A DNA stretch of 64,000 bases, taken from positions 41,627 through 105,626 of the forward strand of contig JBKHBT010000001.1 in NCBI GenBank assembly GCA_046542255.1. Reading direction: 5' to 3'. Positions within the stretch are counted from its first letter, which is position 1, and each line of letters opens with the position of its first letter. This DNA is from Candidatus Zixiibacteriota bacterium (GTDB lineage Bacteria; UBP14; UBA6098; JBKHBT01). Positions 18,904 to 29,267 of this stretch are shown here, one piece after another. Both the position numbers and the translations under genes were made by a program. Below the pieces are notes generated by a model. The model ran no database searches. It saw only the letters and a program-made list of their open reading frames with translations, and had not been told where the DNA came from.

Positions 18904-20060
18904 GATTCCCCAACAATATGCCCATCTCGAAGATAAAGCCTTTTCACACGTTCTGAAATGCCGGTAATTATCTCATAGTTTATTGTATTAGTCCAGTCGG
19001 CATGGTCAGATGCAGTGATCACTTCATTACCCTGCTTGCCGATTATAATAACCTCATCATCCAGTGATATATTATCGTCATTATTGATTAGGACCATTGT
19101 AGTGTCCATACAAATCCTCCCAATAATTGGGCGTCTCTTGCCACGAATCAGGACATGGCCGGTATTGGATGCCGAAAGCCGAAGGCCATCGCCATATCCC
19201 ATTCGAATTATGGCTATTTGGGCCTTGTCTCTTGTTCTGTATGTCCTGCGATAGCTGATATTCCAATTGGCGGGAAGATGCCTTATCTGAATAACCTGTG
19301 ATTTGACAGTTAAGATAGGCTCGATTTCGATTGGCGGCATAATAGAGCGGTCTGGTAAAAGCCCAAAAGCCATAATTCCCGGCCGAACTGCATTGCCATA
19401 GATAGGATAAGCGAGTATGCCGGCCGAATTTGCAATATGAACAAGTGGGACTATAAAATTATGCTGTTTCATTTTCTCGATTATTGCCGAGAATCTTCGA
19501 AGCTGGAGCATGGTAAATTCATGGTCATTTTCAGAATCAGAGTCGGCTGCTGGAAAATGTGAGAAAATGCCTTCGATTTCGATTCCTTTTAAGCGTGATA
19601 TGGCCAGGATATCGCCGATACAATCATTGAAAATCATACCAGAACGGCCCATTCCGGTATCGATTTCGATATGGCATTTTGTTTTGCGTCCCACTTTCAG
19701 GCTTTGCTGCGATAGAACTTCGGCGAATCGAAGTGATGTTACATTTGGAATCAGGCCATGATGGACAATGCTCGGAATCTGTTCGAGAGTCGGTGGCGTA
19801 AGCATTATTATATCGCATTTTACGCCAGAATCGCGAAGCAGCAAGCCCTCTGCAAGATTCGCGATTCCGACTTTATTGATTCCTAAACGATTTGCCTCTT
19901 TGCAAATAGGGACAATTCCATGTCCATATGCATTGGCTTTAACAGCAAGGATAATCTCACGATTATCGACCCATGTACGAATCTTCTCGATATTTTGCCG
20001 AAAAGCAGATAAATCGACTTCAGAAATTGTCTCGAGATAATGTCCACGGATATCTCGCAT
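18900..20060 (-). CDS. alr: Alanine racemase
   Basis: 386 aa. PLP-lysine motif AVKANAYGHG near the N-terminus. Two-domain Alr architecture. 3' end overlaps the purH 3' end by 4 nt (convergent). Confidence 0.88.
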   Translation of the reverse strand: MRDIRGHYLETISEVDLSAFRQNIEKIRTWVDNREIILAVKANAYGHGIVPICKEANRLGINKVGIANLAEGLLLRDSGVKCDIIMLTPPTLEQIPSIVHHGLIPNVTSLRFAEVLSQQSLKVGRKTKCHIEIDTGMGRSGMIFNDCIGDILAISRLKGIEIEGIFSHFPAADSDSENDHEFTMLQLRRFSAIIEKMKQHNFIVPLVHIANSAGILAYPIYGNAVRPGIMAFGLLPDRSIMPPIEIEPILTVKSQVIQIRHLPANWNISYRRTYRTRDKAQIAIIRMGYGDGLRLSASNTGHVLIRGKRRPIIGRICMDTTMVLINNDDNISLDDEVIIIGKQGNEVITASDHADWTNTINYEIITGISERVKRLYLRDGHIVGES

Positions 20061-20062
20061 AT

Positions 20063-22153
20063 TTAATATCTTCTATATTCAGCGCTTTTTGGCCTTCTGA
20101 CCCGGACCTCATAGAGATACCAGTTATTTCTTTTGGTAACATCGAGTTTCTCTGGATCGAATTCTGCTTCGAGCATAGCTTCTTTTATTGCCCTATCGAT
20201 TATTTCATTGCCACAACTGGCGAGTATTTCGACTCTATCGACCTTGCAAAAAGCATCAACGAATATCTTTAGCCTTGTAACCTTACCACGCAATTGGGTG
20301 CTCCATTCCTGCTCGGGATACTCCAGCTCGAGAGGTTCGACCGGGTATAATCGAAGCGGTGGCAAATCACCGGCAAGAAGGCTATCTCTTTCTTTTTGAG
20401 TCAGCTCGCCTGGTTTTCTCCTTTCATCGTGGTCTTCATCACGGCGCTTGAATTCAGCAAGCAGAGAATCCGATGGTTTAGGCCTTTCATCCTCGAATTC
20501 GATATCGCGTTGCCCGAGACGAATCTGTGCGAGGCTATCGTAAGATGTACCAGGATACTCAGCACTAATAGCAGAATAAACCTTTTCAGCCTTCGATGAT
20601 TCATTCATATATTCGACATATATGTAGGCAACAGCAAGCATAGCCTTTGGAACAAGGTAGCTCTCGGGATAGTCGCGAATGACCTTTTGATATGTCTCGA
20701 GCGCCTTCTCGGGATTATTGTATGTAAAGAGATATTCTTCAGCATTTACAAAATAATATCCCACAGAACGCACCTCGGTTGAATCTAAGGCTGCACCACG
20801 GCTTTGGAAATAGTCAACCGCACCGATTGCATAGTCGGTATCGGCATGTTTTTTCAAAAGGCTGGCATAGACAGAATCTGCTGTGTCCCAGTCTTCTTTG
20901 GAATTTGCATATGTCCACCCGAGTGAATACATGGCCTTGGGTGCCAGTTCACTCTTGGGCATTTCATCGAGCAATCTGCGATATTGATTGATTGCGCTAT
21001 CGGGCTGGTCGAGTTTTAGGACATACATTTCGGCCAACTCCATTCGAATTTCAGCCGGATTCCTTAGTGAATCAGTGCTGTCTGATAGAGCAATACGCAT
21101 TTCGATAATCTTTCGTATGGCATCAGCTCTCTCGCGGGATATGGCGGCGATTTCTGTTCCACGAGCTTCAGATTGTGATTTCTCGAACATCTCGAGTGCG
21201 AGTTCGAGATTGCCAGCATTGAAAGACATGACACCCAGATAGTAAAATGCCCATGCCGAAGCATTGGTATATGGGAATCTTTTGCCAACTTCGCGCCAAG
21301 TCTCGGCTGCTCTTGTGGTATCGTCTCGTTCATAGAAAATGCGGCCGATTCTGACCTCGATATCACCCATTTGATTAGCAAAAGAACGATTCTTTTTCAT
21401 CTTACGGAAATGCTTCAGGGCATCATCGAGCCTTGCAAGTTCGATATATGCCTCGCCAATTCGCATATTTGCAGTAAACCATTGCGTATCATTCAAATCA
21501 TTCGGGTTGATAAATTCTTCCAATTCAATAACTCGTTCGTATCTTGTGAATTGATAAGCGATATCCATAAGGCGAAATGCGGCAAGGCTGACAAGCGAGC
21601 TTTTCGGGTATTCCTCGATGAATTTCTCATATTCCAGCTCAGCCGATACATAGTCATCCTGTTCATAATAGCTTTCGGCTATCATGAAGGCTGCTCTTTC
21701 GGCATAGTCTTCATTATCTTCTTTTATAAGTTCAAATGCAGATTCCGCCTTTTCGAATTCGCCAGCTTTCATCCATGCGATAGAGCGCCAGTATTGAGCT
21801 TCATCGGCAAATTTACTATCGGGAAAGCTTCCTAAAAGCTCCTCGAACTTGGTCGCCGATTTGACCGGTTCATCAGTCCAAAGAAGGCTCATGCCAAGAA
21901 GGAATAGCGCATCATCGACATATTTGCTCGTAGGATAGAAAGCGAGAACCTTGCTGGCTTTTTCTATCGTAATATTATAAGAAGATTTTGCTTCTTCGGG
22001 AATAGTTTCACTTTCTGATTTTTCCCGGATTTTGTCTGCGTGTTTATAATGTTTTTTAGCAAGAAAAAAAGTATTATAATACACGCAGCCGCTTCCGGTT
22101 AAGAGAACTATAAATATTGTTAGTAATAGCTTATTTATCTTCGTCATCTTCAA
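20063..22153 (-). CDS. Lipoprotein with multiple TPR repeats and C-terminal TonB-C-like domain
   Basis: 696 aa. N-terminal LLTGSGC lipobox-like. Many TPR-like units (YxxAxxxY/F spacing). C-terminal LPPLRLYPVEPLELEYPEQEWSTQLRGKVTRLKIFVD…VEILASCGNEIIDRAIKEAMLEAEFDP fits the TonB_C pattern (YP..A…G.V.L.F.V…G.V..V.V…G…LD.AA..A….F.P). Confidence 0.55.
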   Translation of the reverse strand: MKMTKINKLLLTIFIVLLTGSGCVYYNTFFLAKKHYKHADKIREKSESETIPEEAKSSYNITIEKASKVLAFYPTSKYVDDALFLLGMSLLWTDEPVKSATKFEELLGSFPDSKFADEAQYWRSIAWMKAGEFEKAESAFELIKEDNEDYAERAAFMIAESYYEQDDYVSAELEYEKFIEEYPKSSLVSLAAFRLMDIAYQFTRYERVIELEEFINPNDLNDTQWFTANMRIGEAYIELARLDDALKHFRKMKKNRSFANQMGDIEVRIGRIFYERDDTTRAAETWREVGKRFPYTNASAWAFYYLGVMSFNAGNLELALEMFEKSQSEARGTEIAAISRERADAIRKIIEMRIALSDSTDSLRNPAEIRMELAEMYVLKLDQPDSAINQYRRLLDEMPKSELAPKAMYSLGWTYANSKEDWDTADSVYASLLKKHADTDYAIGAVDYFQSRGAALDSTEVRSVGYYFVNAEEYLFTYNNPEKALETYQKVIRDYPESYLVPKAMLAVAYIYVEYMNESSKAEKVYSAISAEYPGTSYDSLAQIRLGQRDIEFEDERPKPSDSLLAEFKRRDEDHDERRKPGELTQKERDSLLAGDLPPLRLYPVEPLELEYPEQEWSTQLRGKVTRLKIFVDAFCKVDRVEILASCGNEIIDRAIKEAMLEAEFDPEKLDVTKRNNWYLYEVRVRRPKSAEYRRY

Positions 22154-23441
22154 ATACTCTTGATAATATATAATCTACCTGTTTTAAGTATCTATCGAGA
22201 TCGAATAGTGCTTCGATTTCTTCGATTGTAATATATCTACGAATCTCGCCATCTCTTCTAATCTGGTCATAGAAATCTTTACCTTCCTTCCATGATGCCA
22301 TGATCTTACCCTGTACCATAGTATGCGCTCTTTCGCGGGACATTCCGGCATTTACCATCCTGAGCATAAGCCTCTGGCTAAATACCAGGCCCTTTGTGAA
22401 TTCTATGTTCTCGCGCATTCTATCTTCATCGACATTCATATTGTCGAGTATGTATGCAAGTTTATTGAAGATATAGTCCATCAAGATTGTTGAATCTGGG
22501 AGTATTACTCTTTCGACTGATGAATGCGAAATATCTCTTTCATGCCAGAGAACGATATTTTCCATCGATGGTGTGGCATAGGAACGAACCATCCGGCAAA
22601 GGCCAGTTAGCTGTTCTAAAGCTACTGGGTTTCGCTTATGTGGCATGGCGGATGAGCCTTTCTGGCTGATCAAAAATGGCTCTTCTACTTCGCCGATCTC
22701 GGTTCTGGCAAGATTACGAAGCTCGACAGCAAGTTTCTCGATTGTTCCGGCCAAAATAGCCAGAGCAGAAATATAATATGCATATCGATCTCTCTGGATT
22801 ATCTGATTTGTGATTCCGGGCTGATTAAGGTTAAATTTCTTGCAAATATGTTCTTCGACAGCAGGGTCCAATTGCGAGTAATTGCCAACTGGCCCAGAGA
22901 CCATACCAATATTGACATCCTTAACAGCATCACGAAAGCGGCGCAGGCCTCGCTTGAATTCATCATAGAAAATAGCGAGCTTCAGGCCAAATGTGGTTGG
23001 TTCTGCATGGATTCCATGGCTTCTGCCAATGATAGGAGTGTATTTGTATTTATTTACCAGCCTTTTGAGAATTTCGATGATTTCCAGGAGCTTGGGTTCA
23101 AGTAATTCATTGGCTTCTTTGAGCTGAAGATTAACGCCGGTATCCATAATATCGCTGGAGGTCATGCCATAGTGAATATACCTGCTGGATGATTCCCCAA
23201 CTCTCTTGAATACTGAATTCAGAAAGGCGACAATTTCATGCCTTGTTTTTTCCTCTTCATCATCGATTTCTTCAATTGAGAAACCGGCTTTTTCCTTAAT
23301 CTCATCAAAGCTCTTTTGTGGGATTATACCAAGCTCGGTTTGAGCTTCCGCGGCAGCCATTTCGATTTCCAGCCATTTCTGGAATTTATTCTCTCGAGAC
23401 CATATTCGTTTCATTTCTTCGCGAGCATAACGGTCAATCAT
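22131..23441 (-). CDS. purB: Adenylosuccinate lyase
   Basis: 436 aa. N-terminus MIDRYAREEMKRIWSRENKFQKWLEIE is typical of PurB. Fumarate-lyase signature region (…SSAMPHKRNP…). Confidence 0.9.
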   Translation of the reverse strand: MIDRYAREEMKRIWSRENKFQKWLEIEMAAAEAQTELGIIPQKSFDEIKEKAGFSIEEIDDEEEKTRHEIVAFLNSVFKRVGESSSRYIHYGMTSSDIMDTGVNLQLKEANELLEPKLLEIIEILKRLVNKYKYTPIIGRSHGIHAEPTTFGLKLAIFYDEFKRGLRRFRDAVKDVNIGMVSGPVGNYSQLDPAVEEHICKKFNLNQPGITNQIIQRDRYAYYISALAILAGTIEKLAVELRNLARTEIGEVEEPFLISQKGSSAMPHKRNPVALEQLTGLCRMVRSYATPSMENIVLWHERDISHSSVERVILPDSTILMDYIFNKLAYILDNMNVDEDRMRENIEFTKGLVFSQRLMLRMVNAGMSRERAHTMVQGKIMASWKEGKDFYDQIRRDGEIRRYITIEEIEALFDLDRYLKQVDYILSRVFEDDEDK

Positions 23442-23472
23442 TTGTGCTCCTTTCGGATATATTTGTCAAAGA

Positions 23473-26400
23473 TTATCTTATCAAAGTTAGTGTACCTTTG
23501 CATACTCTTTCTCCATCGACTGTAATGATATAAAGATAAGTCCCGGATGGGAGATCTTTATCATTATCGGATTTGCCATCGAAAACCGATTTCTCGATTT
23601 CGCCAGCATCGACTTCGATCGTTCTTGCTTTTTGGCCACGCATATCAAAAATCTCTATCTTGCCTCCAAGGCTATATAAATTGGGGAATGAAAAATCTAT
23701 ATCATCATTGTAACCATCATCATTTGGCGTAAATGGATTGGTCGAAAGGCCGCAATCAAGATCCGGCTCGACCCAGAATTTCAGTGTATCGGTGCGCCAA
23801 TTTGGTGAACAGAAATCGGGGCTATCCTCGGCATATACTATGACTGTAAATGAGTCATAGCCCGAATAATCGAAACCACACGCATTAAAATTGATATCCC
23901 AGGTGCCAGAAGAATCGGTTGTTTCCTCGATACAATCCAGTGATGTTACTGTTGCGATTGTATCATAATATGCTGAAAGGATATATGCTGCAAAAGCATT
24001 GGTATTGACATCCGAGAAATAATCCATCGCGCCGAACTCTACATAAGGAGCATCATCGGGTATCATCTCTCCCGGCTCAGGATAGCTAAACCAAAGCTGT
24101 GGCGGAGAAAAATCGAATACAAGATGCCATGTTCTTTGGACAGCTTCATAACCATAGATATCTGATAGGCCATTCAAACGGACAAGCAAACTTCCCTGGT
24201 CGAATGGTTCCGAAGGTGAGAAAACGATGGTATCCGGGGATGTCAATTCTAGCCGATAATCAGAAAGCGTAAAAATCTCGCCATCGATTTCAATTTCGAT
24301 ACTGGATTCTTCAACTTGCTCTTCGCTATGGATAGAAAAAAACAATACATGATCTTCTTCGCTCTGACAGGCAATCACAGAGCCATTTGGCGGATGTATA
24401 AGCTCGATATCTGGCCTCGGCGCAATATTTACTTCATGAATCTCGGATAAAAGAAGGGTTCTATCATCGCGATTATCCAGATCGAAGTCATTATCATAGC
24501 AATGGAGTCTCCACGATACAATGATATCGCCATCTTGTGCTGGAATCGGTGCGCGCGATCGATATATTGAATCGCCATCGACGAAGTCATGGAATTCGAT
24601 ATAGATGCGATTGCTCGAAATATCCAGCTCACCATCGGTATCCCATTCGATATAGGCTGCCTGAGCATCCGAGAAATCTCCGGTAATAAAGATTCCAGAA
24701 CTATCTTCCAATGCAAATTCTATATAAAATGCGCTGTCCTGTACCCAATTAGATGGACTGGGTGAATGCATTATGGGCGGCAAAGTATCATCATCAGGAA
24801 TATAGAAATTTGTATTATAAAATGTATCATTTGCGCCACAGTATTCTGCACAATCGGCAATGTAAATGGTAAAATCGAAAGAATCATCCTCTGAATAGCT
24901 AAATGCTACATCCGATGGATCGAAATATACCGTATCGCCATTTATATCGAGATGTGAATTGTCGAGAGTATCGGAATCAATTGTGAAAATCATTGTCTCG
25001 AAATCAATACCACACATATCGTCATCAATTATAAACCAAACCGGCACATCAAATTGGCCGATAATTACAGAATCAGGCTCCGGAGACACCTCCAAAAGCT
25101 CAGGTGGTTCAATATCAATATAAAATTCTGTGAAAATTTCATCGGTATGTTCATTGCCGAGTGTATCGCTGATTTGCATAAGCGATGCTGTAATACTGTC
25201 GCCATGTCCAAATGGGGCAGTCGGCCTGAAAATCAGTGTATCGTCATTTAGCGATAGTTCACTCGCCGGCCAGGGAAATGTGGAATCATTGACATTGAAA
25301 ACCATCGACTCTAAATCGAGGCCATTGTCATCATAGAGCCATAAACGGATTTCTTGATTTTCGCATGAAGAATATGCTCCGCTATCTGGCAAAATGAAAT
25401 ATGCTTCCGGGCCGACCATATCGACTACGAAAAAGTATTCGAAAGTGGTTGAATTGGCTTCACAGAAATCCGGCGCATCGGCTATCTGGATTTCGATATA
25501 GGCTGTGTCTTCGAAGGAGAGGCCAGCGGCTGCAAAATCTATGTAAATAGTGTCTTCGGAATCAGAAAGCCACATGCCTGCTGGGCTATCGATATATCGC
25601 AACTCGGTATCATTAACATCGACAATAATACTCGATGGATCGATGCCAGCAATCTCATCGTAAATATAAATAGACATCACCGGGTCGCCAGCGGCCGTGC
25701 CACCGATTCTTGGGTATATTGGAAGCACATGAGGCGGCGATGTATCGACATAGAAACGGCCTTCTAATGTATCAGAAATAGGATTGCCAAGAGAATCCTC
25801 AGCGGCTGTAACCATCACATCGACAGTATCGCCATGCGACCATGCCGGCGAAGGCGTATAAATTAGCGTATCGCCAATATAGCTTGCAGATGGCGATGTG
25901 GTTGTAAAAAACTCTCCATCGATATAGAATTCTATGCTCGATTCAACAACGCCATTGACATCGCGAATGCTAAGATAAAGCGGGCCTTCATTGCATGATG
26001 TAACCGTCTCGTCCTCTGGCATAATAAAATTGGCAATAGGCCCGGATAGATTTATCGAGAAGCTCCAGCAAGTATCTCCTTCGTTCTCGCCACAATAGCC
26101 GGCAAGGTCCTGGAAATAGGTGCAAACCTCGACAGTATCGTAATCATCGAAATGAGGCACGACATCTTCACTAAGATAAAATCTTGTGCCATCCCAAATA
26201 GGATCATAAGAAACGCCATCTATCATGATGCTGACTGTGGATGTATCGAAGCCGGAAAGCTCATCATCCAGATTGAAATAGATATCAGTGATGCTATCGC
26301 CTATTACATAGCCGGCTTCGGGATATTCATCGACTAGATATGGTGGCGCAAAGTCCCTTGTTACGCTAAAAGCTTCGCTTTCCAGAGTATTGGCGACATT

Positions 26401-28554
26401 ATCCGAAACAGAAACATAAACCGTAATCTCATCACCATCATCCATGGAAATTGGCGGTTCGAATTCAAGGTTTCCATCTTCGAATGTCATATAATCTGGA
26501 TAGTCATACTCCGAGCCTTCGACAGTTATCGTGATAGAAGTCTCATCGACACCCATCAAATCGGAAATCTCGAAAATCATAGAAAGCTCGGGACATGAAG
26601 TATAGATTGTCGGCTCGATAAGCTCGACCTCTGGTGGTAAGGTGTCCACAAAGAAGCTCCAGCAGCGAGCATTGGAATTTCTGTCACAATATGCAGCATT
26701 GTCGATAGCAGTGATACAAACTTCGACAGAATCACCAGTATAGATACCTGCTTCATCACCGTCTATGCTGAGTGCGCCAGTAACTGGCTCAAATAGAATG
26801 CCGTCTTCGATAAGTATGCCATTGACAGTTATCAGAAAGCCAGTAGCATCGATTCCCGAAAGGTCATCAGCGATATTTGCATGGATATCGAAGCTGGGAT
26901 CGGCTATTAAAGTGTCTGGATTTGGTGATAAATCGGTTATCTCCGGCGGCAATAAATCGAAAATGATTTCGAAAGTATCCGGGTCATAAATACTGAAGCC
27001 TGCGGTATTTCGGACATTAGTCAATACTCCTGTAACAGTATCGCCATGTTCGAAGCAGCCTTCTTCGCCCTCGGGTTCAAAAAACAGCGTATCGCCGGAA
27101 ACTCTGAAACTGGTATAGTCGAAGCCGTGGCCTTCTATCATAGCATCCATAGTACCGGGTTCTATATCGATAGAATCAGGCATTTCGACAAGCCATGCCA
27201 CTCTTGCACATTCGCAGCTTGTAATCTCAGTAGGGTAGAGCAGTGTAACTTCGGGAGCCGGAACATCTGCTTCTATTAATATCCAATGGAAAATCGGCCT
27301 GCCAACGCCTCTGTCCATAAGGACACGATATTGGAAATATCGAAATTCCATATCCAGGTCTTCGCCTTCTTCCACATCGAACCAGTCTGTCCAATCTACA
27401 TCATCGAGGGATATGCGCGCCTGTACTGAAAGGCTTGCAAGCTCGGGTACGGTCTCCGACCAGGTTATTCTTTCAAGTGTGCCGATTCCTGGCAGTGATT
27501 TGACATCGGATTTATAATCCCCAACACCGACACCGCCATTATAGGCATAGTACATGGAATTGATCATGGCCTTGGCTTCCCATTCTATTGGCCGGAATGT
27601 CTCCGGAGAGCCCCTTAACTCTTCAGACTCATGGCCAGTGCTGAAAAATGAAAAGAAGGAATTGTGTTCCGGGTCATTATAAGTATGCATATATGGGATT
27701 CCTGCGTCATTGACATACCACAAATCGCCTCTATCGTGGACTTCGCCAAAATCGTGACACTCTGTAACATCGAACTCTTCGGGCAATACAAATGGTACAT
27801 TCATAACAATTGCATCACCATCTGCGCCGGGCGCCCTTTGCACATGCGTCCATGTTTCATCGGGTACGCAGCAATCTACCCATTCGGCTCTAAGGCCAGT
27901 AAGCTCTGTCATATTGTTAAAATTGGGATGTTCGAAATTATCACTGACTGAACAGCATAGCATTTCCCATGGCCATAAATCATAATGGTCCCTTCCCCAT
28001 CTTTTGGCAATAACATCATGGGTAAAAACAACTCCTTTTCCAAGACGAGCAAATTCTTCGACGGCATTTCTGGCTTCTTCGGAAATATCATTGCTCGAAC
28101 CACCATAACCATTAGCAATGCCGAAAAATATAATATGAAAAAAGGAAACTGGAAGGGTAACTGTGCCACCTGTATATGCGTTTTCGACAGTAAGCTCATC
28201 AGAAGCAGAAGAAATCGAATTGAAATCGTCAAACTCTATTAGGTAAATTCCGAATGTCAACCTGGGCGTGCCATCATCGGAATATTCATTGATAGGGTCA
28301 CTGAGACATTCGACACAATGGTCTTCTGGATAAATTTGAAGGACATAAATTGTATCGTTTTCAGTAAATATCAAAGCGCCATTATCCGGATCTGGTAATC
28401 CATCGGGATCCGGGCTTATGACATCGATATTTTCTGCATCGCCAGTGGAGAAATCAAAAACAGTAGTTTCATAAAATTCTATTGGATAAGCGATTATGCT
28501 TATCGTAAATACAAAAAGAATAAGTCCGATGCATAATTTGGCATACTTAGCCAT
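23473..28554 (-). CDS. Giant secreted cell-surface protein with T9SS type-B C-terminal sorting domain
   Basis: 1693 aa. Signal peptide. N-terminal alpha/beta region (HIIFFGIANGYGG…GKGVVFTHD). Many ~100-aa Ig-like modules. The last ~90 aa are FTPNDDGYNDDIDFSF…GKIEIFDMRGQ…GTYLYIITVDGERVCKGTLTLIR, the gliding-motility/CHU_C-type T9SS type-B CTD (FTPNGDGxND motif). Confidence 0.75.
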   Translation of the reverse strand: MAKYAKLCIGLILFVFTISIIAYPIEFYETTVFDFSTGDAENIDVISPDPDGLPDPDNGALIFTENDTIYVLQIYPEDHCVECLSDPINEYSDDGTPRLTFGIYLIEFDDFNSISSASDELTVENAYTGGTVTLPVSFFHIIFFGIANGYGGSSNDISEEARNAVEEFARLGKGVVFTHDVIAKRWGRDHYDLWPWEMLCCSVSDNFEHPNFNNMTELTGLRAEWVDCCVPDETWTHVQRAPGADGDAIVMNVPFVLPEEFDVTECHDFGEVHDRGDLWYVNDAGIPYMHTYNDPEHNSFFSFFSTGHESEELRGSPETFRPIEWEAKAMINSMYYAYNGGVGVGDYKSDVKSLPGIGTLERITWSETVPELASLSVQARISLDDVDWTDWFDVEEGEDLDMEFRYFQYRVLMDRGVGRPIFHWILIEADVPAPEVTLLYPTEITSCECARVAWLVEMPDSIDIEPGTMDAMIEGHGFDYTSFRVSGDTLFFEPEGEEGCFEHGDTVTGVLTNVRNTAGFSIYDPDTFEIIFDLLPPEITDLSPNPDTLIADPSFDIHANIADDLSGIDATGFLITVNGILIEDGILFEPVTGALSIDGDEAGIYTGDSVEVCITAIDNAAYCDRNSNARCWSFFVDTLPPEVELIEPTIYTSCPELSMIFEISDLMGVDETSITITVEGSEYDYPDYMTFEDGNLEFEPPISMDDGDEITVYVSVSDNVANTLESEAFSVTRDFAPPYLVDEYPEAGYVIGDSITDIYFNLDDELSGFDTSTVSIMIDGVSYDPIWDGTRFYLSEDVVPHFDDYDTVEVCTYFQDLAGYCGENEGDTCWSFSINLSGPIANFIMPEDETVTSCNEGPLYLSIRDVNGVVESSIEFYIDGEFFTTTSPSASYIGDTLIYTPSPAWSHGDTVDVMVTAAEDSLGNPISDTLEGRFYVDTSPPHVLPIYPRIGGTAAGDPVMSIYIYDEIAGIDPSSIIVDVNDTELRYIDSPAGMWLSDSEDTIYIDFAAAGLSFEDTAYIEIQIADAPDFCEANSTTFEYFFVVDMVGPEAYFILPDSGAYSSCENQEIRLWLYDDNGLDLESMVFNVNDSTFPWPASELSLNDDTLIFRPTAPFGHGDSITASLMQISDTLGNEHTDEIFTEFYIDIEPPELLEVSPEPDSVIIGQFDVPVWFIIDDDMCGIDFETMIFTIDSDTLDNSHLDINGDTVYFDPSDVAFSYSEDDSFDFTIYIADCAEYCGANDTFYNTNFYIPDDDTLPPIMHSPSPSNWVQDSAFYIEFALEDSSGIFITGDFSDAQAAYIEWDTDGELDISSNRIYIEFHDFVDGDSIYRSRAPIPAQDGDIIVSWRLHCYDNDFDLDNRDDRTLLLSEIHEVNIAPRPDIELIHPPNGSVIACQSEEDHVLFFSIHSEEQVEESSIEIEIDGEIFTLSDYRLELTSPDTIVFSPSEPFDQGSLLVRLNGLSDIYGYEAVQRTWHLVFDFSPPQLWFSYPEPGEMIPDDAPYVEFGAMDYFSDVNTNAFAAYILSAYYDTIATVTSLDCIEETTDSSGTWDINFNACGFDYSGYDSFTVIVYAEDSPDFCSPNWRTDTLKFWVEPDLDCGLSTNPFTPNDDGYNDDIDFSFPNLYSLGGKIEIFDMRGQKARTIEVDAGEIEKSVFDGKSDNDKDLPSGTYLYIITVDGERVCKGTLTLIR

Positions 28555-28568
28555 GATATGAAATCTCC

Positions 28569-29129
28569 TTAGATATTATATCTGATACCGATTAAAATAG
28601 TTGAAAAGGATGGATTAGAGAGCACGGCTCTTGTTGAGAAATTAGCAGTGAAGTCTTCATTTAGTTTATAGTCTGCGCCCAGCTCTACCCTCGGCTGAAA
28701 ATATGCTGGTTCGGAAGAATCTTCATCTGATGTTTCACGCGGATAATCTCGTAAAATAACATTAACACCTAAGCCAGCTCCAATATATGGCTTCACTTCC
28801 CAATCGACCTCCGGCCTGAATAGGCCTTTTACTGCACCGCCGATGACTGTTAGCTTTACCGGGCTGATGCCTTCTTTAGGGTCACTTTCATCGGCCTTCA
28901 TATACTCTAATTCGAGAGCTAATGATAGTTTTGGTATTATTGTACCAAAATCAGCCATCAGATTAGTTGCGAAACCTGGTGCATATTTTGCATAAGGTAT
29001 TGAAAGCCCGCCTCTGATACCAATATTCTTCAAGCCCATATCTGTGCCACTTTTCGGTGCAAGGTTATCGATTCCCTGTGAATATACAACTGTCGCAAAT
29101 AAAAAGACAATGAGCAATGTTTTTCTCAT
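28569..29129 (-). CDS. Small outer-membrane beta-barrel protein (OmpW/OmpA-barrel-like), co-transcribed with the type-B T9SS protein
   Basis: 186 aa. Signal peptide. Alternating hydrophobic beta-strand pattern consistent with about 8 strands. GGAGGG RBS 5 nt upstream. Only 14 nt separate its stop from the next ATG. Confidence 0.55.
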   Translation of the reverse strand: MRKTLLIVFLFATVVYSQGIDNLAPKSGTDMGLKNIGIRGGLSIPYAKYAPGFATNLMADFGTIIPKLSLALELEYMKADESDPKEGISPVKLTVIGGAVKGLFRPEVDWEVKPYIGAGLGVNVILRDYPRETSDEDSSEPAYFQPRVELGADYKLNEDFTANFSTRAVLSNPSFSTILIGIRYNI

Positions 29130-29267
29130 TATTAGCCCTCCGGTTATTTTATCCGCACAAGCGGAAAATACTTTTTTACATAATACAATATAATATGCAT
29201 AGAAATTTAGTCAAGCTTTACAATGGCTTAAACCAAAGAAAAAAGTCTCATTAAACTAATAAATAAA

